Assembly (NCBI GenBank): GCA_054600435.1
Contig: BAAIJX010000010.1
Span: 496,001-560,000 of the forward strand
Reading direction: 5' to 3'
DNA: 64,000 nucleotides
Origin: Neophaeotheca triangularis
Lineage: Eukaryota
The position numbers were made by a program, and so were the translations under genes. Position 1 is the first letter of the stretch; every line of letters starts with the position of its first letter. Below are positions 13,118 to 26,395 of this stretch, piece by piece. A model generated the notes under the pieces. The model was not told the DNA's origin. It saw only the letters and a program-made list of their open reading frames with translations, and ran no database searches.

Positions 13118-16100
13118 ATGCGTGTTCCCGGAATAGGAGTACTACTATGTACTCTGTCCTTCTTCGGAAGGAGCACATCCAACTCGACAACCGGTGCGAA
13201 AGTCTGACTGGAGACCAAGTTGTTCGAATGCTAATCAAGCGGAATCACAGAATCAGTGGTGCAGGTAGTCACCATATCTGCTTTCCCGGAATACTGCTTC
13301 ACGACGAACAGTACCCGGCTCCCTACATCCCGCCGTAGCGATGCGCCGCTACCCACATCAACCCCTGTACCAAGTGCCTCAGAATGGCAAACGGCGCAGA
13401 ACAGCACTGATCCTTCAACGGCTGGCACTGCCACGAGCAACTTTTCTCAACGGACAAGTACTGCGTTCACTGACACGATGCGAAGTACTTTCTCTCCCTC
13501 TCCCGCTACGTCAGGCTTTGCCGAGTCGGAGCCACAACCGCCAGGTAGCGTTGACGCTACTTTCCTCACCAGCATCCCGACATCCACTACAGCTCTAGCA
13601 GCCGGTGAGCCTTCGACCGTGAGAAGCAGCTCTATCAGTTCTGAGACCACGCTTTCGCCTACTTTCGCTGAGAGCGCAGAGTCGAGCGTATCTACCACAT
13701 CACTCTTTAGCAGCGAAGAGTTGATACCGGGAACCAGTGGTGCCGTTAGTCCGCCTTCTCGAACTTCACTTCTGATTACTTCTGTCGAGAGCGCAGCATC
13801 GATTGTATCCACTACAACCTTGGCAACTAGCGAGCTATCTCTTACGGAAAGCAGTGCGATCATCAGCTCGCCCTCCCGGACTTCAGCTCTGCCCACCTCG
13901 TATGATGAGGGCACACTCGGTGTCGAGACGAGCACGTTCGTCACCGCTGGTCCCCCAGGCTCGGATACAACCTTAACAGATACGATCGCTTTTGAAAGCC
14001 CCACGACAGCCCCAAGCATCACGTCGTCTCTTCCAGCTCCAACCACATCAGCTCCACCTAGCTATAATTGCCCGGTTGTCGATGGACAACTCGTCCAAGA
14101 TCAGTTCGGGAACCAGCTACTGATCAACTGCAATGCAATTGCGGTGGAGATCGATGTTGAGCTCAACTCTGACTTCGGCCTCAAGAGACGTGCAGTAGAG
14201 AGCTACTACGCCGCATTTCCAATCAATGAAACATGGAACGACTGTTTCGCGATCTGCGAAACCAATCCGCCTCCAGCAGGCGTATGCACTTCCTTCACTT
14301 TTGCCGACTCCGCAGGGAGCAACGACATGGGTACGTGCTACCTGCACGATGGGAGGAGCCAGAGTTTTCAGGAGAGTGGTACTACGGACACACGTGTCGC
14401 GGCTATCAAGCCTGCATTTCTGGCTGAAGAGGATCCGTCAGATACCCCGGTTATCACCTCTGACACTATTCAACCCACTGAATCTGTCACCAGCCTCACT
14501 TCCGACACGAGCAGAGATACCAGCACATCTTTGACCTCCACCCAGTCAGTACCCAGCGAGAGTAGTGTGGGTACTAGCTCTACTGCAATGGGCATTGAGC
14601 AGTCTCCAACTTCGGACCAGGAAGGGTTGAGCAGCATAACCAGCGGAGAAACTTCTTCGCTTGTGGAGACTTCTACATTCCCAACAACGTCGACTTTGAG
14701 CGCTGAGATCACGTCGTCACCGATTGGACCGCCGCCAGGCCCCTCAACATCGACATTTCCCTCGACTAGACCAACGGGCACGTCTAGCAGGCCTGCAACA
14801 GCCTCTCCGACACCACTGGTCCCTGATTTTTCCTGCCCAGATGTCGATGGCCAAGTAGTCCAAGCCTACGGTGATGCTTTTGTGGTCAGTTGCAGCGCAG
14901 ATGCATTTGCCACCGACTACGCAATTGTCAACGCCGCCAATTCCTGGAATGACTGTTTTGGCCTTTGCTATTCAAATCCGCCGAGTACCCTTGTATCGTG
15001 TACTTCCTTCACATATGTTGGTGCTGAACAAGGCGAAGGAAGCGGTCAGTGCTTTCTGGGCAATGAATTGAACCTCAGCTTTCAACCAAGAGAACGAAAC
15101 GACTATCTGGCAGCCATCAAACTGGAAAACTACGGCGGTCCTCCGATAACTAGTCTCTCTAGCAGCATCGCGACGAGTTTGCCAGTATCGAGCCCCTCTT
15201 CCGTTACCGAGATCGGTCAAACAGCTCCCAGTAGCCAGACTGAGCTCGGTCAGACGTCGTCTTCTTTGATTGAGACATCTCTTTCGACGACGAGCAGCCT
15301 TACGGGCTCGACGCCGTCGGTTTCGACTGCTGAGACTGCTTTGAGTACTTCGCAAGTAGTGACCACCTCTTTGCTAACTACCACAGGCCTTTCTTCCGTT
15401 CTTGAGCCTATCGAGACACTTACTGGCGGCGAGACAGATATCAGTGATACATCCATATCGAGTGATACAGTTGAGCTGACTTCTAGTAGTTTCTCGAGTA
15501 CTGAATCTGCGACCTCGGGCGCTGCGAGTTCCGCTACGGAAGCGACAACTTCTACGTCGACTGCAGTCCTTACTACCGCTTCCTCCGTCGAGTCCATCAC
15601 AACTTCAAGTGTTACTAGTCTAGAGATCGGTGAAAGCACGATTAGTCTTGAGACGAGCGAAGCTGTTTCCACCAGCAGCTTTCTCACATCTGAGTCCATT
15701 ACCCTGACAACCGCAACCAACCCCACGACTGCGACAACCCCTACTACTGCGACGACTCCTACGACTGCAGCAACTCCTACTGCCCTCACAACTGCTACTA
15801 CTGCAACAACCCTCAGTGCAGAAACAGCTACATCTTCTACGGCGGTCACGATCGAGGAATCCATCTCTACCAGTACCGAACTAAGTGGGGAAACTAGCGA
15901 GGCTTCTACTAGCACTTTTGTCGACGAGTCAACCTCTTCAAAAGTCTCTTCAACCTCTGAGCTCCTTACCACAACGGATGCAACGTCCATCGAAACTACA
16001 CAAGCCGATACCACACAAGCCAGCACATCATCTCTTCTGTCTACAACTACGTCAACTCGCGATTCTGAAGATCTGTCGCCCAGCCCAGAAACACTGGCTC

Positions 16101-19100
16101 CTACAACATCGACAGGCACGAGCCTCACAGACACATTCACTGCTTCAGAAGCCATCGAAACCCTCACCAGCAGCGAGCCAAGCGAAATTACAACTACCAG
16201 CGTCCCAACAACTTCAGAATTAAGCTTGACGTCAAGCGACGAAACTTTGCCCTTGAGCACAGAAACAAGCTTGGAAACTACCGCGACCTTCACGAGCAGC
16301 GATGCAGAGGAATTCATCACTACGAGCACTCTGCCGATCTTCACGACCAGCGACATAGAAGAATCAGTCACTACGAGCACCCCGTCGACCTTTGATACCT
16401 CACTGCCTTCGATCACGGATACATCTGCTGTCTCGACCGAGGTCGAGGAGTCGCCAACATTAACCCTAGAGACGTCCACCTTGATTACGACGGCCGATTC
16501 TGCTGAGAGCTCTCCTTTGAGCACCGAGACCGATCTCGAGCCCAGCGGTATCTTGACGAGCACCGAAGGTAGCGATACCACCGTGACCGTGAGTGTCTCA
16601 CCGTCTTCAGGGGAATTCACGACAGCAAGTAGTGAAGCCTTGGTCTCTCCTGATGTCACAATCATCTCAACGACAACAGGGTCGAGCTCGCTCCCTGGTC
16701 TTGAACCGGGTGAGACCGTTGAAAGCCTGTCGCCTACAGCGACTGGCTGCGCCGCTCGAACGCCGGTACCAGAATTCCAATGCCCGGGTGCTCACGGCAC
16801 AGTTCATACGCAGCCCGATGGATCGGTTTGGGATATCTATTGCGATCATAATATCGGTCCAGCTCCGATCGCCAACAGAATCAGCAGCCGCCAGCTTACA
16901 CTCAATGATTGCATAGACGAATGCAATCGCGCCGGCATTGAGATCTGCGGAGGCTTAACTTATCTGAATGGAATGTAAGTCAGAACAGCCGAGGACAACA
17001 AAAAACTTTCAAAGACTGATACGTGACGATAGCTGCTTTTCGAAGCCTCTCGGAGCGCCACCTACTCTAAGACCAGTAGCTGGTGTGGGTTTCGCAGTAA
17101 CCAGAAGACGGGGCACAGGGTCCTCATCCATCGTTGTTCCGTCAAACCTGGACACGCCTTTGGTGCAGGGTACTCAGATGATCGTCAACCCGAGCTTTGA
17201 GAACGGAACTCTTGCCCCTTGGCAAACCAGAGAGGATCCCTTCGGGTATCGTTATCGAGTTGCAAACGACGAGGTGTAAGGCACACGTATCGAGAATCCG
17301 TTTCATAAGCTAATTACTCCTTCAGCATCATAACATGGCCTACTCTATATACTTCCAGTTTTGGGGTTTTCGTACTTAGCCAAGACCTTGTATCTGAAGC
17401 CACCGCAAGCCATGTATGGGCTCTCTCGGCCAGCTTCTCGATAGCCTCTGAGAGCGAAGATACCGTCTGTAACGTCATTCTCCATACCGACCGCGAAACA
17501 CTTCTTGGACCTCTGAGTTATAGCGCGCCTGGAAGCTACATTCTCGATTATCGAGGTACGCTAGGCTGCAATGCAAGACGGCTGACGGTTTGGACCGTTT
17601 GTACAGGTTCAAGCCCGTCGATTACCTTCTCGTGGGAAAGCATCTATTTCACCCTTTACCCACCGGCTCTTGACATGTCCACAACGAGTATGCTCGCAAC
17701 TGCAACCACTTTGTCGAGTAATATCTCTGAGACTATGACGACGCCAAGCGAGCCAACTCCGAGTACGCCTTCAGCCATAACACTGTCCACCGCCGGCACA
17801 GGCCCGACACTTTCTCTAACCTCCGCTGGTCTTACGAGTACTACTGCGACAGCCAGTGAGTTGCCAGTACCTCCAGCCTGCATCACTGCGACGCCACAGC
17901 CCGAACTCTTCTGTCCAAGCGCTAATGGGACGCACGTTCAACCCGACGGCTCGGTCTGGGATATTTATTGCGACCAACAGACACAGTCATATCATCCGGA
18001 GATTTTGAGTCGCCAAGCTACACTGAACGACTGCATTGAGAGCTGTAACCGAGCCGGCGCAGAAGTTTGCGGAGGACTTACATACGCTTCCAGAATGTAG
18101 GTCAATGCCTGGTCGCGTAGGTTCTCTCAAAGCTGACACTCTACTTAAGCTGCTATCTCAAACCTATAGGGGTAACTGCCTTCCCACGACCAGATGGCTC
18201 ACGCGGCCTAGCGGTCATAAGAAGAACAGGTCCGAGTTTGTCTCCCGCCCATATCCCCTTGCAGGAAATACCCTCAATTGGAGGCGTTCAAGTGATCTCG
18301 AATCCGACTTTTAGCAATGATACAATCTCACCATGGGAGCTCACACGGCCTGATTGGGCCAGCTATCAGCTGATTGACAGTCGAGCGTGAGTACGCACCG
18401 TGCAAAGTGGTCTGGATGCGCTGACATGTCCGCCAGGGAAACGTCGTGGGCCGCGAATGCAACACACGTCGGGATTTTCTCGCTCGATCAAGATCTTGGC
18501 ACCAGTAGTAGCGAGGGTCAGTTATGGGTGCTGTCTGCTGACATTATCGTTGAATTGACCGGCAACAACGACACTTGCCTCGTTGCCGTCCACACGGAAA
18601 ATGAGACCCTCCAGGCGACTTTGAGCTTCACTGTCTCTGGATCCTACACCTTGGAAGCTAGCGGCTCCTTATGCCACAGCTTCAACCGTATCTCGCTATG
18701 GGCCGTATGTCAGGGATCCGGACCCGGGCTTGGAGCCGGCACCATGACTTTCGCTTGGGACACTGTCGAGTTCACGCTTTACCCGGATCCTGGTGCTTCT
18801 TCGACGACGACATTGGTGCCTACCTCCGGTTCAGGCGCTCCAACTTCTATGATTCCAACGTCTACTACCTCAACGTGGGAAGCGTCAATCCCAACCAGCT
18901 CTGTTTCATCCGGCTGTTTCCCTAGTCCGACGCCACAAGTCGAGCTAGTCTGCCCAGATGCCAATGGTACATCCCTCACGTTGCCTGACGGCTCAGTTTG
19001 GGATGTTTATTGCGATTACGTATCGTCCACGCTCAACCCTGAGTTCAACATCGTGTATGATACTCTTAATGAATGCATTAGCAGTTGTAATGTCGCCGGT

Positions 19101-22100
19101 GTGGAGAATTGCGGTGGCATCAACTACACTACTGGCAGAAGGTATGCGAAGATCTAGTCAGCCTTTTCAACCAGCAACTGACGAGTCTTCTACAGGTGTT
19201 ATTTCAAGCCCGTCGGAGCTGTCACTTACCGGCGGCCAGCGGGTTCCCGTGGCACTGCTGTTGTCAGAAGGCCGGACACGGGCCTACGGCCTGCCATCGG
19301 ATCACCTTCAGAGCGGCCCTCGACTGGAGGCATGCAGGTTCTCGTGAATCCGAGCTTCGGAAATGGAACGCTCTTACCATGGGAGCTCATTTCGCCTTTT
19401 CAGTATCAGTTTCAGCAAATCAACGGAGCGTACGTCTCCTCGAACGGCAAGACTCTATGCTAGGCTAACTCAACTGCAGACTTGCGTTGTGGCCCGTCAC
19501 CAATACGCATAATGGAATTTTCCTCCTCAGTCAGGGCCTTCAAACCAGCATTGGTGTAGGACAGGCCTGGTCACTGGCGGCCAATATCTCGATCACTACT
19601 CCCAGCAGTAATGTATCTTGCATTGCTAGCATCTTTACAGAAAACGAGGTTCTGCAGAATACGGTCGGATACAACAGCTCTGGTAACTACGTAATGGAAG
19701 CCACTGGAATACTGTGTCGCAGCGCCAGCCGCTTGTCGCTATGGGCTGCGTGTCGAGCGTTCCCTGACGATATTAGCTTCGCCTGGAACAACGTCGAACT
19801 TACGGTGTATCCTGGCAGCTCGAACATACCCAGTCCTGCCTCTACAGCCCTTCTTGACTCGATCACTGCCTCCCCGACAGCCAGTGATTCTCCGCCAAGT
19901 AGCTCGACTTTGCTTGCTACCACCACCACGACACCCTCGCAGCCGGTCGGACGCCAAGTACTTCAGAACAACGACTTCGGCACTGGAGACTTCGATCCGT
20001 GGACGACAGAATCGTGGATCGGAGGTGTCTTATTCAGCGTTTTAGACAATCAGGCGTAGGTCATCTGGAGAAAGCAGTACTCGAATGCTGACTGACTTTG
20101 TTCGCTCAGGATTGTGGACGTCGTTGAGGGTCCCGATGATTCGGATGTGTCGCATGCTGCCCTCAATCAGCTAATTCCAATAGAAGACGCGGCAACGTGG
20201 GCATTGGAAGCTAACTTTGTTTCCCGGACTGCTGCCGATGGCTGTATATTTTTCATTGGGCTCGTGGATTCTGAGTGGTCCGAGCTGTTCATCGTGGATG
20301 TGACTCCCTTTCCGTCCGGCGATAACAACTTTACGATTCGTGAGTCTGGGCTGTTCGATCCCGCGATTAGTCTACAGTCCTTTCATATGGTCGTGAACTG
20401 CCGAACCGCCGCAATTCCCAGCCGAATCACCTTCGAGAGCTTCGCACTCTACATATCCGGCACGCAGGCTCAATCACCAGAGTCCTCAGGAATTACGACG
20501 ACTCCAACAGCAACCAGTCTTTCTCCTTTCCCTACAGCTGAACCATCGGGCTCGTCGGAGCCAATCTTTGAAGCAGCAACAACGACTTCTGTAGAGACAA
20601 TACCCACGACGTCCGCCTGTACTACTCCACAAGTACAGCCCGAGATCTCATGTCCACGAGACAATGGTACCGCTTATACTCAACCTGACGGCTCCATCTG
20701 GGACATCTTATGCGACTTTAACATTCCCACTTCACCAGCTCTCGAGTATAGCATCAGTAGTCGTCAACCTACGCTGAATGACTGTATTGCAGAGTGTAAT
20801 CGTGCCGGCACTGAACTATGCAGCGCCGTTACTTATACGCCTGGGGCAAGCATACCCGACGAGTAAGTCAAAATGTTACATCCTCTTCGTGGCTCTTACA
20901 GCAGCTAACAGGTCGCTATAGCTGTTATTTCAAGTCCTCTCAAGGGATCCTCGTTCCTCGTCCAGAGCCAGGCTATGGAATGGCGGCTATCAAAAGAATG
21001 GGCACGGGCTCGCCGACATCCACAGGAAGCTCAAATATCCCAGAAACCTTTCCACTGGGTTCTCAAGTCATCATGGATCCGAATTTCCAGAACTACGTCG
21101 CCTTTGCCACCTGGCAGACCGGACGCCCTCTACGGTATAGATCCCAGATAGGAAACGGCGAGGCGAGTGCGTCGTGGCCTGCGGGAAGTACAAGTTTTGG
21201 GGCTTTCAGCCTTTATCAAGACGTTGAGTCGTTCGGCGAAGGACAACCATGGTACTTTTCGGCCGACGTCTCTGTGAGCGCTCGTAGTGGTGACAACACC
21301 TGCTATGCGGCTGTCTTCACAGACCAAGAAGTCCTACAAGATCCTGTCGTCTACAGCACACCTGGGCGCTACATCTTCGAAGCCAGTGGCGTCCTGTGCC
21401 ACAATATGAGTCGGATTACCCTTTGGGCTGTTTGCACGGGCCCAGACCCAGTGATAACGTTTACATGGCACAATGCTGAGCTCACGCTATACCCCGGTCC
21501 TTCTGCGGCTCCTACTGATACTTCTCTGGCTCCAACTCGGACGGAGCTTCTCGGTCCAAGCGCAGGCTTGACAACTACGACGAGCGTCTTTACATCGAGT
21601 ACGACTACAGTGACCACGCCAATGTCTACAACCTCTCCGACCGCAGTTACAAACTCTGTAGCAACCCCTAGTACGCCTGCTTGCATTATTCCAACGATAC
21701 AGCCTGAGATCCTATGTCCACGAGACAATGGTACGGCCTATACTCAGCCTGACGGCTCCATCTGGGACATATATTGCGATTACACGACCGAAAGCTTCAT
21801 TAGGATGCCTAGGATCAGAGTGTCTACGGTGAACGAGTGCATCAGTCATTGCAATCTGGCCGGCCCCGATGTTTGTGCTGGAGCTACCTATACATTTATC
21901 GGAGGTTCGCCACAAGTGTAAGCTCAAAGCGGAAACTCTGAATGCCTCTGTTTAGGGCAGTGGCTGACATATTACTACCATAGTTGTTACTTCCAGCCTC
22001 CTGGCGCTTTTGCTTTCCCGCGTACGGAGATCGGTCGCGGCATGGCCATGATCCGAAGACCGGGCTCCGGCTCTTCTTCTGGGCCGCTTTTTGGTGAAGT

Positions 22101-23904
22101 AATCACGGCTGAAGGCTCTCAGGTACTTTTGAATCCCAACTTTGATCAAGGACACGAACCGTGGCGCATCGGGGCCATCTTGAATCCAGGTTCAGCTAGA
22201 TGGCTGGATGGGGAAGTGTAAGTCTCACCTTTGCGCCCTAGTTGTCGGAAGCACGCTTACCCGTTCTTCAGCTCTGTGTCGTATCCTGCCCCACCACCAG
22301 AAAGCCACTACGGGATTTTAATTGTCTCTCAAGACATCACTTCCAACGTTCGAGAAGGCCAGAGCTGGTCGCTATCCGCCGACATTTCGATCAATTTCCA
22401 GCCAAGTGGGAGCGGGAACCTTTGTCATGCCGCTGTTTATACAGAGTACGGAAATCTTGAGAGAACTGAGTGGGAGGTCTTGCGAGGCATGGTCACTTAC
22501 ACTAGCTCCGGGCGCTACACAATGGAATCTAGTGGTACCTTGTGCCATAACGTGAGCCGTCTAACATTGTGGGCTGTCTGCCGAGGACCCGCGGAAATCA
22601 CCTTCGCCTGGGATCGAGTCGAATTCACGCTTTACCCTGACCCGAGCACTTTGTCCTCGTCAAGCGCCGTTTCAACAGCGGCGATAGCAAGCTCCACTAC
22701 AACGAGCTTGTTTCCTACAACAACGACCACAACGAGCTACTTCGCTACGACAACGACCACAACGAGCTATTTCCCCACGACAACGACCACAACGAGCTTC
22801 ACACCAACGACCACCACGAGTACAACTACTACTACCACCACCGCCACATATGGAGTGGCAAGTTTTGCATGGGATGAAGTTGAATTCCGAGTGAACACTA
22901 CTCCATCTCCTACCCGTATTTGCGCTGGTCCGACTCCAGAGCCAGAGCTCCGTTGCCCTGGCGCTAATGGTACCGTCTATACACGGCCTGATGGATCTGT
23001 TTGGGACGTCTTATGTGATTACATGACGGATGTCTTCCCTCCTGAGATCATCAGTCGGCAATTGACACTAAATTCTTGCATCGAGAATTGCAATCGCGCC
23101 GGAATAGATGTATGCGGTGGTGTTACCTACCTATTTGTGTCAGGCTCACGCTACGGGTAAGTCATTCAAGCATCCTCTCGATACTGTGAAACTGACTTGG
23201 CTCCAGCTGCTACTTCAAACCTGCTGGTGCTGTGTACTACCCGCGAGAAGAGATTGGACGGGGTGCAGCGGTCGTTAGAAGGCCATCTCCCGGGCTTCCT
23301 CCATCCACTACCCGACAATCTGGGACCCCTTCTGGCCAGGCCGACTCTACAACGGGCGTCCAGCTACTTCAAAATCCGAGCTTTGAGAGCGAAACACTTC
23401 TACCATGGGAGCAGGAACAGCCACTGCGTCCGATCGACGTCCGAGCGGTCAACAACACAGCGTGAGTGTCGCCATCTTCGATCAATCAGAGTCGCAAAAT
23501 ACTGACCTGTCATTCAATGATTCAGATTCGTGACGTGGCCTCAACAAAGCATCCAATTTGGGCAATTCATTCTCTACCAAGATCTTCGGACTAGTGCGAA
23601 TGCGGGACAATCCTGGTCTTTTTTCGCCAATGTGACCGCTGATCTATCCAACAATAAAACCCTCTGCTTCGCCTCTGTGTACACTGAGCACGAGATACTT
23701 CAGAGCACTCTCGTCTACAGCGTCCCCGGACGGTACATCATCGAAGCGAGTGGGGTTTTAAGCCGCTGCGCGAGCCGATTGACCTTATGGGCTGTGTGTC
23801 GAGAACCCAGCTGTGATGCAGTCACCAACGTTCCTCCTTGGGGTCAATGCCTTCCTGAAGGTGTCACTGCGACTGTTTCTCCCACATCGACCTGGAGTTG
23901 GTGA
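13118..23904 (+). CDS. Giant secreted mucin-like modular protein B (about 8 PAN/Apple-like and about 7 CBM4/9-like modules; about 3350 aa; 14 exons)
   Basis: Signal-peptide exon 13118-13193 (MRVPGIGVLLCTLSFFGRSTS) and intron 13194-13250, then a 1240-aa S/T-rich exon. Further donors at 16975, 17276, 18097, 18387, 19142, 19430, 20056, 20863, 21918, 22218, 23157 and 23462. Repeated QPDGSVWDIYCD..TLNDCI..CN.AG...C.G and RLTLWAVC...F.W motifs. Confidence 0.85.
22696..22845 (+). repeat. Coding minisatellite (about 30-bp unit containing acaacgaccacaacgagc) encoding poly-Thr in gene B
   Basis: Three to four near-identical units visible, translating to TTTTTTSYF-type repeats. Confidence 0.8.
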
Positions 23905-24592
23905 AAGACAGTCTTGTTGCTAGCAGCCGCAGAAAGGTATACTAGAGCGCAGTATTCGGTACATCGCTGCGAGATGACTCGCACTCGAAGCGCTATAACG
24001 GAGGGCTTTCCGACGAGATCAGCTGTGCCTGGGGCTGAGTTGAGCCAAAACGTTTCCCGGGCATTCACGACCAGATGGCTCGCGGCAGAGATTTCGCCAA
24101 CGGCGACAGCTTGGGAGCTTCAGCGAGGATAAGTGCATTTTGCCGGCATGCGCGTGCCAAGGGGTAGCATGGAGACGATGTATATATGAAGATTCGCCAT
24201 CTGACCAGCATTTGAAAAGGGCGGAGGAGAGCAGACGTGGGGATTCTCATGGGTATCTCTAGTATCTTTTTTGAGCGCAATTTGAAATATAGACTGTACA
24301 TTCGCAGCATTGTTCGAGAAAGCATACCTATATTGATGCTCTGTCAATCGCTTCACCCTTGCCTCATTTCCTCGTACGTGTCGTTGCAAGACGGGCCGAA
24401 TGTGTTCGTACAAGCGAGCGCAGTATACGGCATAATGTTACTCTGGGGAACCTCGGACGCCGCGGATCTAATTGCGACCCAAAGCTTTTCATAGTCAATG
24501 GTGACGCCAGAAACCGGGTCGTGGGTCATTGTGACCGCATCTTACTGGCGAGATATGTGTTGTAGTATTACGCGTGGCCTATACTCTGGCAA

Positions 24593-25696
24593 TCAAGTAA
24601 TGGTAAGCTCCCGCGCCTCGCCGAATCCATTGTAGCAAACGCCACGCAAATTCCACTGCGACTTCCTGGGTTGCGTATTACCCGCAGCATCAGTTGCCCT
24701 ACTGAGCAGAATCTGATGCTTGCCGACTGACATCTGCACCTTCGCCTGCCAAAGCTTCCAAGACCACTTGCCCTCGTCGGGATAGCTGAGGAGATCGGCT
24801 TCGATCCATTGCTCGCCGTTGGTAGAGACCTCGACTTTCACCACCGGGCCATCATCACCGCTGGGGAGAGCGTAGCCTTTGGCGGTCACACATCCTTCCG
24901 CGTCGCGCTGCACAGTGCTGCCGCCTTCCGGCACGGCAATGACCGAGTTGACAGGCATCTCCTGGATAGGAGGCGTGGTGCCCCAGTAAGGCTTCGCAGC
25001 TTCGGCATCTACAGCCTCCGGGGGCAGGACTTTGTAGTCCCGCTGTTGGTAGTGATTGCTGCTCTCCTCAGTCTGCACAGTAATACGGTCGAGCCACTTG
25101 ACCGCTCTCGCACCCGCGATGCCTGGTGTCACGATCCTGACTGGAAAACCGTGGCCGATAGGCAAGTCTTCATCGTTCATCTTCGTGGCGACGAGCACAT
25201 CGGCATCATCCCTCAGAGCTCGTTGAAGGTCGATGCTGGCGCCATACCAAGTGTCGCCCTGGCATTCTGTAGCGTAGCAGGAAAAGGCGGCATGGGCGGT
25301 CTTCTGCTCCTCCGCGCTCAAAGCTACCCCAGCCTTCTCCAAGACATCCTTTAGCTTCACACCAGTCCATTTGCAGTTCATGACAGCTCCATCGAACCAG
25401 TCAACACCCTGGACCTCCTGAATCAACGTCCTCATAGTGTGGCGTCGATTGCCGGCGCATTGCAAGGCGCAGACTACGGTGTGTTGCGGGAAATCTCGCT
25501 CCAAATCGGCTTTCGTAAGCTGGAGCTCCTTCGTTACAGCGCCATCGATACGGACTCGATGCTTCTCGCCGTCGAGCTTTGGGTGCGGGCAGTGGTTCCT
25601 GTCGTATGCCAAGCCTTCTTTCTGGGTGATGAACGAAGATATCAGGTCACCAATGTCGGGCTCCCTGTTTAGGGGCTTTTCTGATAGTTCCGGCAT
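24593..25696 (-). CDS. Sulfite oxidase family molybdopterin oxidoreductase (Moco-binding plus dimerisation domains, no cytochrome b5 domain)
   Basis: PLNREP, YDRNH, LQCAGNRR (Mo-ligand Cys), HGFPVR..PG..GARAVKWL, WSWKLW and WNLRG motifs. Confidence 0.92.
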   Translation of the reverse strand: MPELSEKPLNREPDIGDLISSFITQKEGLAYDRNHCPHPKLDGEKHRVRIDGAVTKELQLTKADLERDFPQHTVVCALQCAGNRRHTMRTLIQEVQGVDWFDGAVMNCKWTGVKLKDVLEKAGVALSAEEQKTAHAAFSCYATECQGDTWYGASIDLQRALRDDADVLVATKMNDEDLPIGHGFPVRIVTPGIAGARAVKWLDRITVQTEESSNHYQQRDYKVLPPEAVDAEAAKPYWGTTPPIQEMPVNSVIAVPEGGSTVQRDAEGCVTAKGYALPSGDDGPVVKVEVSTNGEQWIEADLLSYPDEGKWSWKLWQAKVQMSVGKHQILLSRATDAAGNTQPRKSQWNLRGVCYNGFGEARELTIT

Positions 25697-26395
25697 CCGT
25701 GATTTGCGTAGTCGAGCTCATATCCGTGTGGGAGTAAGGTATGGTCAACGGAGAGCTCTCCCGTGTTGGTCGAGGTTGCCTTTGTGATGTCAGCTCCATA
25801 TTGGGCTTAGCTCGCATTCCTATTTGAACCTCATGCCAAGACACTGTCCATCGAGATGCCGTTGACAGCGAACAGAACGGGGCAATCTACGACCTCGACG
25901 ACATGATATGATATGATGAGTTGAAACATAAAAGGGCGGTAAATTGATCTCGAGACTCACCGTGTATTTAGGCTAGTTCGCCGACAAATCCCGCGAGGTT
26001 CTTCGAAAACACCATCTTTGTCCGCAGCTCTCGCGGTCTTGAAGGCTTCTCATTGGCCGTGCCATTACCGTCGGATACCTGTCCTCTACGTACCCACCAA
26101 CATTACCCGACTGAGCATCCCTACTGTCTTCTACCGCTTCATACAGGCTCAGGCGAGCTCATGTTTAGACCGACGGTGCCTGCATGTATGCAGTAGCTCC
26201 CGATTAGTTGCGCTCCACCTCACCCCGCCTGTTTAACCCCATGCCAAGGAGCAGTCTACTATATAACTGGCCTCCCGCCGCAGTTTCCCTTCATGTTGTA
26301 AGTAAACTCTTTGCTGGGCCTCTCACTTTGACCACCTCCTTCTTGTTTCAAACGCATTTGCTTCAGATAATCTAGAGGCTCCATCGTAAGGCAAG

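Noticed and set aside
15250..16665. Long antisense ORFs (471 aa here; also 35318-36196, 27375-28157, 29294-30172, 42130-42912)
   Set aside because: Shadows of low-complexity or codon-biased genes on the opposite strand.
8358..23904. Treating the many 100-370 aa ORFs as separate genes
   Set aside because: They end at GT donors and resume after branch-point/AG acceptors in a consistent phase, so they are exons of genes A and B.
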